Below the pieces are notes generated by a model that was given only the letters and a program-made list of their open reading frames with translations, was not told the origin of the DNA and did no database searches. Positions 23,196-34,292 of a stretch of 34,704 bases of DNA are shown here, piece by piece; within the stretch, counting starts at the first letter, position 1; each line of letters opens with the position of its first letter. Source of the DNA: Octopus bimaculoides (lineage: Eukaryota); the NCBI RefSeq assembly GCF_001194135.2, contig NC_069004.1, forward strand, positions 22,691,950 through 22,726,653, read 5' to 3'. The position numbers and the translations under genes were made by a program.

Positions 23196-24367
23196 TACAT
23201 ATTTTTTCCATTTAAATGCTACACTCTTTATGGAGTATAGACCATTGATGATTTTCCTTCACTTTCTCAACTCTGGACTTCCTTGCCTGCTTCTCTCCAG
23301 TTGGATCCAAGCTTCTTTTCAGATATTACTGCTCTGCATCATTTGTTTCCTTGAGAAAAGACCTTCCTATCTCAAGTCTTATTGGTTTTGAATTGTCATC
23401 TCTCTAATTTTTAAACAAGGCCAGCAATGTTTGAGGGGAAGGTGAAGTCAGTTACATTGTCCCCTGTGCTCAACTGATTTTATTTTATCAACTCTTAGGT
23501 AATTAAAAGCAAATACAGTAGAACCTCGCAGTATGAGTGCACCATTGTATGAGTAATTTGCTGTATGAGCTGAGACTCATGTGATTTCTTTGTCTTAAAG
23601 TATGAGTGGAAATCTGCAGTATGAGCGAGTTTCATACAAGCGACAGCTGATGGTCTCCACTCGCTCAGTTCATGTCTTTATCTTGTTGTAGAAGCATCCC
23701 TGTTGTGTTTTTCCCAGTGTTTTTGTTTAGTTTTGTGCATTTTTTGCTATTTAGTTGTGTTAGCCATGGGTCTTAAGAAGGTTTATTGCAAAGGATAGTG
23801 CCGAGAAGAAGAAAATGCTGATTGCAATAGAATTGAAGAAGGAAACCATTGGTAAACATGAGAGAGGAGTGCATGTAGAGGACATAACACATCAATACGA
23901 CTAAAGCACATTGATGATCTGCACCACCCTGAAGGAAAAGGACAAGATCAAGGCCATTACAACAACAAAGGGTGTCTCCAGGCTCTTTAAGCAATGCAAA
24001 GGATGGAAAAATTGCTTCTCCTGTCGATCAATAAAAAGCATCTCACAGGGGATCTGATTACAGAGACTAGCATCTGCGAGAAAGCAGCAGTGCTGTATGG
24101 GGATTTCCTGAAGTAGAATCCTGGAACATCGACAGAGGAGACCTCAGCAGACTTATAAGGCCAGTCTCGGCTGGTTTGATAATTTCAAGAAGAGGACTGG
24201 TGTTCATAGCATCATCAGGTATGGAGAAGCAGTGAGTTCTGACACGAAGGCAGCTGAAGATTTCATGCATGAATTCCATCAGGCTCATCGCAGCCGAGAG
24301 GTACATTGCACAACAGGTATCCAGCTGTGATGAAATTGGCCTCTTTTGGAAAACAATACCCAGAAGA

Positions 24368-24524
24368 TACAGTTCTATATTTAAGAGATGAGGAATTATG
24401 TACATTATTTACATTCAATGGATATTTGTCCTCATCTTGTTTTTACGGGTATATGGCGTAGTGGTTAAGAGCGCAGGCTACTAACCCCAAGATTCTGAGT
24501 TCAATTCCAAGCAGTGACCTGAAC

Positions 24525-24564
<40 letters not shown>

Positions 24565-24710
24565 TCGAAAAATACCTTAGAAATGAGAACTTAGGTTTGA
24601 AATTTCCCTAAGACACCTGAAGAAGGCTGGAGGGTATATCAGCCGAAACGTTGTGTTAACAACAAACAAGATGAGGACAAATATCCATCGAATGTAAATA
24701 ATGTACATAA
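24368..24710 (+). mobile_element. Non-autonomous Penelope-like/retrozyme-type element: inverted tail, tRNA-like head, (AAT)n, hammerhead
   Basis: 13-bp TSD AATACCCAGAAGA (24355-24367 and 24711-24723). A-box TGGCGTAGTGG at 24454-24464, B-box GAGTTCAATTCC at 24497-24508, (AAT)n at 24525-24560. 47-bp inverted repeats 24396-24442 and 24664-24710 with 1 mismatch. Confidence 0.85.
24612..24657 (+). ncRNA. Minimal type I hammerhead ribozyme motif
   Basis: Stem I GACAC (24612-16)/GTGTT (24653-57); core CTGAAGA (24617-23); extra A; stem II GGCTG (24625-29)/CAGCC (24640-44); GAAAC (24645-49); cleavage triplet GTT (24650-52). Stem III is the loop-less palindrome ACGT. Confidence 0.8.
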
Positions 24711-26329
24711 AATACCCAGAAGAACCTACATAACTGCTGAGGAGAAGAAAATGCCAGGCCACAAGCCTATGAAAGATAGGCTAACTCTCGCCCTTTGTGC
24801 CAGTGCGAGTGGTGACTTAAAGATTAAGCTGCTCCTTATCCTACCATTCTGAAAACCCATGAGCATTCAAGTCACACGAAATCCTGAAGAAGCTGCAGGT
24901 TATATGAAGAACAAACATTAAAGCCTGAGTTACCAAGCAATTCTTCTATGAGTGGGTCAACCTTGTCTTCGGACCAGCAGTGAAAAAATACCTTCTGGAG
25001 AACAATCTTCCTCTCAAGGCCCTCCCCATTTTCAACAATGCTCCTGCTGACCTGCCTAACCTCGAAGATGATATCCTGGACGAATTTAGATTTATAAAAG
25101 TTCTGTACCTTTCACGCCACCCCTATCTTGCAGCCCATGAACCAACAGGTTCATTTCTAATTTTAAGTAATTGTACACCAAACACCTGTTTCATTGGTGC
25201 TTTGAAGTCACTCGAAAATATAAATCTAACTCTTTGTGAGTTTTGGAAGGAGCACTACAACATTGTAAACTGCCTGAAAATCATCGATATGGCCTAGCAG
25301 GGTGTAACGAGGAGAACACTGAATTCTGCAGGGAAGAAACTGTGGCCTGACTGTGTATCCAAAGGAGATAGTGTCTCTTGGCAATTCCATGGGCCTCGAA
25401 GTTGATGATGGGGGACATTAATGATCTCATCGAGGGACACTCAGAGGAGCTGATGACAGATGAACTCTTGCAGCTTCAGGAGCAGCAACATTCAGATGTG
25501 GTGGAAGAGATTGGTTCCCCAGAAGAGGACAGTATAGCAGAGAATGTTATCTCTACAAGTGACAAAGGCAGTGTTGGCAAAGTGGCAGTATGTTTGTGAA
25601 TTTGTAGAGAAATATCATCCTGAAGAAGTAGTTACAAGTTGTGCAGCTGCTTTATTTAATGACTCTGGCACATTTTCGTAACATTTTGAAAAGCAGGAAA
25701 AAGCAGACCTCTCTTGATATGTTTCTAATGAAACAACCTGCAAGTGTAAAAAGTGAAGAAAGTGTGTCCAAAAAGCCTAAATGAAGCAAAGTGGGAGAGA
25801 AAACGCCTGAAATTGTTTTCCCTGAAATCTCAAAGGAAGGAAAATTTCCTTCCAAACAGCAATTCTCCTCCTCCTCCTCCCCCCTCTATCGTCTTCCTCT
25901 CGCACAAATCGTCCCATCTTTAAGTTAATTCAGTTAATAAAACCAGTTTACATAGTTTCATTTGCATTCTCTTTTTTATAATTGTCATTTTACTTGTAAC
26001 TACACCTTTTCTATTTTAAAACCCATAAAAAATCATTTTTGGGTGGTTTTTGGGGGCTGGAACGGATTAATTACATTGTAGCTAATTTCAATGGGGTAAA
26101 TTGATTTGTAAAATGTGTAAATTGTAAAACAAGCTCATACTGCGAGGTAATACTGTAATAATTTCCAACATAGGCACAAGGCCAGCAATTTTAAGGAAAG
26201 AAGGGTTAGTATGTAACTGGTACTTTATGTTATTGACCCCAGAAGGATGAAAGCTAAAGTTGAGCTAGAACAAATACCACAAAGCTCTTTGTCCAACATT
26301 CAACAATTCTGCCAAGTCATTCATTATAT

Positions 26330-26332
26330 TTA

Positions 26333-26373
<41 letters not shown>

Positions 26374-26894
26374 TAATAATAATAATACCTCTTCTTCTTC
26401 TTCTTCTTCTTCTTCTCCTTCTCCGCTACCACCACCACCACCACCACCACCACCACACTGCAACTCCAATAATAATCTATGCTCATTAATCAAATTTCAT
26501 GTCCGATTGATTCACCTAATCAATCAGACTCATCAACTCTGCTCTGCCTCGAACATATACACATGCAACACACACTTACACATAACGACACACACACACA
26601 CACACACACACACACTTCACACAAAAATACACACATAAAAAGTGTAACACACGCATGCATACATACACATACACAGAAATATAAGGAACAACACATACTC
26701 ACACATATAAAGAATAATATACATGCATACACAAACACATAAACCAGGTGAACCCTAATATATGCTTACACACATACATTCACACAAACACAAGGAACCA
26801 CACAAATCTACACACACACACACATACTCACACAAATATGCGCACACAAATGGTAGCATACTTATACATACATACAAATACACACGCAAGGTGC

Positions 26895-26946
<52 letters not shown>

Positions 26947-26960
26947 AGAAACACACATAA
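26330..26960. repeat. Compound (AAT)n(CTT)n(ACC)n run followed by a CA-rich low-complexity tract
   Basis: Consecutive trinucleotide blocks at 26333-26457; degenerate CA repeats at 26560-26960. Confidence 0.9.
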
Positions 26961-27664
26961 ATCTATTTAATTCTGGTTTTGACATTTTGTCTTACCTTTC
27001 CAACTCTGTCATTCTCACCTGTAATTGACAATGAACTTGTCTGACCCCACCTACAATACTACCCTCCATAATATCACTCCCTACTGCTAACTTTGCTTAA
27101 TTAATTAGTCATTAATTACGTACACCCTCATTTAGATGAGGTTTCAAATGGCCTGCATATTCTCTGACAATGTCTGAAGATTGTAGGTGTATTACAGGGA
27201 ATGTTGGTGGTGGTGGTCATGGTTATGATAGTAGCTGTAGTGTTGGTGGAAGTATTAGTGGTTGTGATGGCAATTGGAGGTGGTAGTGGCAGTGGTGGTA
27301 GTAGAGGTGATGATGTTGGAGTGGATTGTACTGGTGATAGTGGTGGCAGTGGCAGAAATGATTGTATTTGTGGTGGTGGCGGCGGTGGCATCATCCCTGT
27401 CAGTGGTGGAGACGATTAAAATGGTTGTGATGGTGAAGAGATGGTATCGGAGTTGTTATTGTAGTTGTTTTGCTGGTGAAGATGCAGTACTGTGTTTGTA
27501 GATTCAAGTATTAAAGATGTCTGGGCATCTATATATGTAGGTGTGTGTATATACACATATACACACACATATATATAAATGTATATACATATATGCACAT
27601 ACATATACATACATGCATGCATACATACATACGTACGTACATATATCTATATCTATCTATCTCA

Positions 27665-27703
<39 letters not shown>

Positions 27704-29329
27704 AACAAACATGNNNNNNNNNNNNNNNNNNNNNNNNNNNNNNNNNNNNNNNNNATATATATATATATATATAATCATTTTCATTTGCTTTCCATGCTGG
27801 CACAGATTGGACTATACATCAGTAGCCAAACAATTCTTAATTGGAATTGCTGTCTTCTTACATGGATAGAGCTATGTCTTGATCATGCATTCCATTTTTG
27901 GAATGGTTTCAATGTCTGGTTGACATTCCTAACATTGACCAATGTACAGAGTGTACTGGGTACATTTTATCAAGGTACCAATTTCAGAGAGTTTGCCATT
28001 TCCTCAGCAAGACTAAAGAGTCCTTTCCATCTATGTTGTCTCTCTTTGTTTGCTGACCATTTTACAGAATGTACTGAGTGCTCTTTTACATGGCACCAGC
28101 ATTAAAGAGGTTGCCCTATCACTTGCAAAACTAGAGATTCCTCTCTACTCAATGTTGTCTCTGTTTGTTCAAGGCTTTTGTGACTAGGATGGTGACTAGA
28201 AGAGAGAATGATAACCAAGAGAGTGAAGGAAGGGGGAGTATGAGTGTGACTCAGAAAGATAGTAGAAGGTGGTAGCAGAGGAGAATCAGCATAATCCGCA
28301 TGTTATTCAATTGGTTCATTTTAAATAAGTGCCATTCTTCAATTGGTTGTGCTTCTCAATAATTGCTTCAGACTCCCTTAGAACTCAGTGTGTTAATCAT
28401 TTGTCAGATGGGAAGACATCCTTCCACAGCTTGTTGATATAAAGAAATCTCAAGTCCTAGAACTCACACAGGATCAGTTACCTGATTTCCATGGTGTATA
28501 AGTGACTGAGATAGGGTTACTCATTTACAGCTGAGTGAACTCAAGTAACATGAAATAAAGTGTTTTCCTCAAGAATGCAATGTGCCACCCAGTCCTGGAA
28601 TCAAAACCACAACCTTGTGATTGCAAATGTAATACCCTAACCACTTGGCCAGTTTGTGGATGCAGGATAAAAAAATTATTATATGATACATTTGCAAAAT
28701 TGGTTTCAGTGTCTGCTTGCAATGCCTTGAATGACAAGTTGAGGTGGATTGTGTTAGGTTGAAGCCAAATTCTTTAATTTGATTTTGTCAATTGAAGTAT
28801 GAAGAGCACAATCCAGGCAGATGAAAAGTAGCAACGGTGCAACCATATAGTATTGAATGTTACCTTCATTATGTCAAAGAAATCTCTGTCTCCATCAGGT
28901 GATCTTACTTTCTCTTTTGTTTTTGTATGACATCATTATTCATTTACTACTATTTCTCAAAATATACCTTATGTAAGAAGAATTTCACCTCATTGGACAG
29001 TGATGAAAGTTTTGAAGAAGTCTACAAACAGTAGATAAGAGTGTCTGTAGATTTTTAGCCTTGTCACCCTCAATGATTCTTCTGACAGTTAAGGTCTGTC
29101 AAACTGTAGCTCAATCTTTCCTGAACCCATTTTGCTTTCTTCATAAGATCTCAAGTTCAGCAACAATCTGTTGTAGATTTTTACTTCTATTGTTGTAAGG
29201 GTAATACCTCTGTAATTTTTAGCCTAAATCACCTTTCTTGGGGTATAGAATACAACTTTCAATCCATTTCTCAGTTGGGATTTGATTGTATACTAAAACA
29301 CAAAATGAAAGGAAGACATGATTGAATGT

Positions 29330-29720
29330 CTCTGTCTTCATGGGGGGAGGGGGTAGAGTTCTCAAGGCACCTCCTCCAAAGGATCCTACCAGAAACAGCT
29401 ATCATTACCTTTTCCAGCTGGATTCCCAACCATGACTAATTGAGACTTTGGATATTAGCCAATGATTTCACTCTTGGTCTACCCTTAGGTCTCCCGCTGG
29501 TTGGCTCAACTCGATGAATCTATCTTGCGGTTCTTTCCTGCAACATTCTAATCATATGTCTGTCATACTGGAGCTGTGACCTTTCAATGTGAAGAAGTAG
29601 TTGCTACACCTGGAGAGATCTCCAAGCTACGCACACTGTCAAGTAATATTACTCCAGAGATCCTTTGGAAGAACCCCATATCAACTGTTTATATTTGCAG
29701 TTGTACTCTTTCACTCATTA
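29330..29720 (-). mobile_element. RTE-clade LINE 3' fragment
   Basis: Minus strand with one frameshift: ECWIMSERVQLQI*TVDMGFFQRISGVILLDSVRSLEI..LLLHIERSQLQYDRHMIRMLQERTAR*IHRVEPTSGRPKGRPRVK. This fits the RTE pattern LLRIERSQLRWFGHV.RM..GRRPRGRPR. Confidence 0.85.
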
Positions 29721-30159
29721 TCCAACATTCATGACCATAAAGGTGCCAGCATAGCTGTGTAATAAGAAGCTTGCTTTCCTGCGCATGCATTGGTCAGTGG
29801 ATNNNNNNNNNNNNNNNNNNNNNNNNNNNNNNNNNNNNNNNNNNNNNNNNNNNNNNNNNNNNNNNNNNNNNNNNNNNNNNNNNNNNNNNNNNNNNNNNNN
29901 NNNNNNNNNNNNNNNNNNNNNNNNNNNNNNNNNNNNNNNNNNNNNNNNNNNNNNNNNNNNNNNNNNNNNNNNNNNNNNNNNNNNNNNNNNNNNNNNNNNN
30001 NNNNNNNNNNNNNNNNNNNNNNNNNNNNNNNNNNNNNNNNNNNNNNNNNNNNNNNNNNNNNNNNNNNNNNNNNNNNNNNNNNNNNNNNNNNNNNNNNNNN
30101 NNNNNNNNNNNNNNNNNNNNNNNNNNNNNNNNNNNNNNNNNNNNNNNNNNNNNNNNNNA

Positions 30160-30325
30160 ATAGGTACAAAAACTGCATTGAAGGGGGCAAGTTTTCTTTT
30201 CAGTGCTTCAATGAGATCATCCAATGTGAAATCACTAAATTTGACTGCAAGAACATGTTCAATAGTAGTTTCTATGGGACTATTTGAAACTGTTGGGGTA
30301 TCACAGAGAATGTTCTAGAAGTGTT
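30160..30325 (-). mobile_element. LINE ORF2 fragment (linker upstream of RT), truncated by a gap
   Basis: Minus strand EHF*NILCDTPTVSNSPIETTIEHVLAVKFSDFTLDDLIEALK resembles the W.EHF.NLL..FT.EEL..ALK linker of non-LTR ORF2. Confidence 0.55.
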
Positions 30326-30437
30326 CCTACATCTCATTTCATTGATATTGATATCATTGGTATTAATACCAAGAATTGTTTGTTTGGTGCAACATACACA
30401 ATCACATTCATTTAGTTTTCAATATATTTCTGTTGTT

Positions 30438-30618
30438 TACGTCTGCAGTTATGTTCTGAGATCAAATTCCGCCAAGGTCAACTTTGCCTCTCATCCTTTC
30501 GGGGTCGATTAAATAAGTACCGGGTTTGCACTGGGGGCGATGTAATTGACTTAATCCCTTTGTCTATCCTTGTTTGTCCCCTTTATGTTTAGCCTCCTGT
30601 GGGCAATAAAGAAATAAA
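30438..30618 (+). mobile_element. tRNA-derived SINE (family of 6191-6420), 5'-truncated; another copy at 30785-30970
   Basis: ttatgttctgagatcaaattccgccaaggtcaactttgcc..cctttcggggtcgattaaataagtacc..gggcaataaagaaataaa is the reverse complement of 6191-6360. Confidence 0.85.
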
Positions 30619-31426
30619 TATATTTCTGTTCTTTGTGAACGTGCATGGCCTAGTGGTTAGGGTGTTGCATTCACAATTGCAAGATTGTGGTTTCAATTCT
30701 CAGGCCAGGTGGTGCATTGTATTCTTGAGCAAAGCACTTCATTTCACATCTACTTTCTGTACTGGGCTGCTCAGAAAGAATAAATTCCTTGTTAGCATGC
30801 TGGGCAAAATGCTTTGTGGTATTTCATTTGTCCTTATGTTCGGAGTTCAAATTCCACTGCAGTCAGCTTTGCCTTTCATCCTTTCAGGGTCAATAAAATA
30901 AGTACCAGTCAATCACTTGGGTCAATGTAATCAACTTAACCCCTTCCCCAAAATTGTTGGCCCTGTGCATTAATTGGAAACCAACATATTTCTCTTATTT
31001 GATTCCATAAATGTTCAGTAAAATGATGCTGAGCTTTTTTTAAAAAGAATTTAGTGATATTTGTTCTGGAAGATTTCATTGACTTTAAATGGACATCACT
31101 CTTCAGTTAATTGTGTTTCTGTCAGTAATTGCTTCAGACTCCCATGAGACTCAGCATTCAATGGGAAAGCATTCTTTTGCAGCTTGTTAATGAAAGGTGA
31201 CAAAATTGTTGTATAATGCATTTTGAGAGTTGGTTTCAACATCTGTTTGCCATCCCTCAAACCTGTGTTTGACTGCTTTCTTTTTAATTTTTTGTAACTA
31301 CAGACTAATCACATAGCAGAACTGTTTGGCCAATTCGTGCTTCCTTATTTTTTTTTTAAAAATAGTATGATATAGTTTAGATGCAGTTGGACTACTATTT
31401 CTAGTAGATCAACTAACCTTGTAGAG

Positions 31427-31864
31427 CAGTGTTTCTCAACTTATTTTCCCCCAGGCCCCACTATAACTTTCCAGGAAAACTTTATGCCCCTCTGGTTGTT
31501 GGTAAAAAAAAACAACTTGATTTTTTTATATTCTATCACGATTATTTAATACAAAAGAATCTAGAAGTAACTCTTTTATTAAGTGCTGAGTGTTGACTTC
31601 TCATAGTTATATACTTTCCTAAAGAAATATCCACACTAGGATATTAGAATAGCACTGTACTATAGCAAAAGGTTTTCTCACAGTATGCTTGGCTGAGAGG
31701 GATTGGTTTGGTTAGGTTGAGTATAGATGTAGTGTGTTTATTGTGAAAAGAAGATTTTCACAATTCCATGTCCCACTAAAAAAAAAAAAATTTGGATCCC
31801 ATGCCCTGTCACAATTTTTCCAGGCCCCACCAGTAGGGCATATACCCCACATTGGGAATCACTT
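31427..31864. mobile_element. hAT/Charlie-like MITE
   Basis: Ends cagtgtttctcaac and ttgggaatcactt (imperfect TIRs); 8-bp TSD-like flanks TTGTAGAG (31419-26) and CTGTAGGG (31865-72), 6/8 match. Confidence 0.65.
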
Positions 31865-32204
31865 CTGTAGGGGCTCCTAAATCACTACCAATTGACAAAG
31901 TTTATAGTGGTGCACCAGCATGTTGGCACTGTGAATGACTTAGGAGAAATACTTACTTATTGGTCTGAAGTTTACATCTGTGACAGGAACTTCGTGTTTC
32001 ATTTTATTTTTCATTTCCACAACCAAGAAATGAATCTTCAGTCAGCTTTGACAATGAGTATTCAGGTGTTTGGCTAACTAGACTAGGCACAGGCATGGCT
32101 GTGTGGTAAGAAACTTGCTTCCCAATCACATCACTCTGGATTCAGTCCCATGTGTGACAACTTGGACAAGTGTCTTCTACTATAGCCTCGGGTTGACGAA
32201 AACT

Positions 32205-32412
32205 TTGTCGAGATGCAGAGCAAATCACAGAAGGTCCTTGACTTGTTTACAGAAAATGACTTCCAGGCTTGATTCCAAAAGTGGCAGGAATGCTGGGACT
32301 GGTGTATTGCTGCACAAGTTGACTATTTTGAAGGAGTTGATGTTAAAGCTTGGGTAAATAAGTTATTTTTTATTAAACATAACTAGTCCTGGAACTTTTT
32401 GATACCACCTTG
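32205..32412 (+). mobile_element. Mariner 3' fragment with right TIR embedded in a SINE (32085-32630)
   Basis: Closely matches 18089-18297 (ttccaaaagtggcaggaatgctgggactggtgtattgctgcacaag); ends ggaactttttgataccaccttg|TA. Confidence 0.9.
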
Positions 32413-32802
32413 TATGTGTGTGTGTGTGTGTGTGTCTTTCTTTGTCTCCTACTACCACTGCTTGACAACTGTTACTGGTGAGGTCCCCATAGCTTAGTGG
32501 TTTGTTAAAGAGACTGATAGAAAAAGTACCAGGCTTTAAAAAAATAAGTACTGTGGTTGATTCATTCAACTAAAAATTCTTCAAGGTAGTGCCCCAGCAT
32601 GGCCACAGTCTAATGTCTGAAACAAGTAAAATGCAAATTATAAAATATGAGACTATCAAATCATGAAATTAACACGTAAGCAGCTGGATATTCTACATAT
32701 ATTCTCTTAACAAAATTCTCAATCAGTGTAACACAGTGTGACACAGTGAATCAGTGTAACACAGTGTTTTAAGGCTATACTCTTGAATTACAGGTACAAT
32801 TC

Positions 32803-32833
<31 letters not shown>

Positions 32834-34292
32834 AACAAAGTGGGCATCATCATCATTATCATTTACCATCCACTTTTCCATGCTTGCCTGGGTCAGACAG
32901 AATTTCTATGGCTGGATGCCTTTGTTGCCAACCCTCTCCTGTTTCCAAGCAAGTTACTATTTACCTCATGATCAAGCATATTTTTCATAGAATAGAAATG
33001 AACAACATTGCTTGTAAAATGATGATGATGTCAACACAACAGTCAAGGTACATACATATATATATATACTAGCAGAAAAGGCCGCCCTCCAGGTGATGTT
33101 AGCCACTTGATAATATTTTCACATTTCATTCCCAATTCTAATATTTTTTTATATTTTACGTCTAATTTATTTCTTTGTATAATAGTGCTCACTTGCTTAG
33201 TAAGCATTGATTTCATTATTTTATCACAGTCATAATCTCTCTTTTTTAAACAAACACCATGGTAGTCCAACAACAGAGGGAGAAGCAGTTTGTTTAAGTT
33301 TTACCTTCCCCTCAAAGCAACATAGAGATTTCAATTCAGCAGCCCATCTGTAAGCTTTGCAGTGTGTATGATAGAGGTGGGGGAGAGAACATTGCAAACA
33401 ATGAATGAAATAAACATGAAATGAAAACATTGTATAAATAAAAGGGCATTACTACAAAAGTATACACCCCCAACTTTGTTGCCTTATGACATCCAGAAAA
33501 ATACATACTTTTTAACAAAATTTTTTACAAATACCGTTTAGATGTTGTGGCTTCAGAGTATGTAGGGATTTATGAGAAAGAATTTTTCCAATGGGGTGGG
33601 GNNNNNNNNNNNNNNNNNNNNNNNNNNNNNNNNNNNNNNNNNNNNNNNNNNNNNNNNNNNNNNNNNNNNNNNNNNNNNNNNNNNNNNNNNNNNNNNNNNN
33701 NNNNNNNNNNNNNNNNNNNNNNNNNNNNNNNNNNNNNNNNNNNNNNNNNNNNNNNNNNNNNNNNNNNNNNNNNNNNNNNNNNNNNNNNNNNNNNNNNNNN
33801 NNNNNNNNNNNNNNNNNNNNNNNNNNNNNNNNNNNNNNNNNNNNNNNNNNNNNNNNNNNNNNNNNNNNNNNNNNNNNNNNNNNNNNNNNNNNNNNNNNNN
33901 NNNNNNNNNNNNNNNNGCGATTTTGGCTGTTGTTTCTAGCATATCCAAAGAGAACCCTCCTTGTTTCTTTATCACTCTTGCATGTATTGATGTTTTTTCA
34001 ATATTTCCCCCCCATAAATACATTTATATGCTATGAAAAAGGAAATTTGAGAAATTATGGGTTTTTTGCAACCCCACTCCCTGCTCGCAATTGTTTCTGT
34101 TTAGAAATTAAAATATTGGAGAGCCTGAGAAGGTCATTGGTGGCATTTATCCACAGTGATTTAAAACAATTACGGAGATGTACTTGCATAGCAAGTGACT
34201 TGATCTAAGATCATGTGCTGAAACAAAAACAATTGCAAGTGTAGATGTTTGTAAGCTATTCAAGAACACACAGAAACTGTTAGTTTCATGGC

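Larger units (their letters stand above)
23766..25784 (+). pseudogene. Tigger (CENP-B/TIGD-like) transposase pseudogene interrupted by a 343-bp insertion
   Basis: MGLKKV..KDSAEKKKML.AIELKKE..KHERG; KASLGWFDNFKKRTG; CDEIGLFWKTIPRR|TYITAEEKKMPGHKPMKDRLTLALCASASGD; NNAPA; LQPMNQQ; KQTSLDMF. The second and third catalytic D read N; many stops and frameshifts. Confidence 0.92.
23516..26155 (+). mobile_element. Full-length Tigger/pogo DNA transposon (non-functional)
   Basis: TA|CAGTAGAACCTCGCAGTATGAG (23516-23537) and CTCATACTGCGAGGTAATACTG|TA (26134-26155): 22-bp TIRs with 20/22 match and a TA TSD. A decayed transposase lies between them. Confidence 0.95.

Noticed and set aside
24448-24520. tRNA gene
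   Set aside because: A and B boxes are present but the acceptor and anticodon stems do not pair properly; it is the head of the inserted retroelement.
24980-25297. 105-aa ORF MKKYLLENNLPLKAL...
   Set aside because: A frameshifted piece of the Tigger transposase pseudogene, not a host gene or a domesticated TIGD gene.
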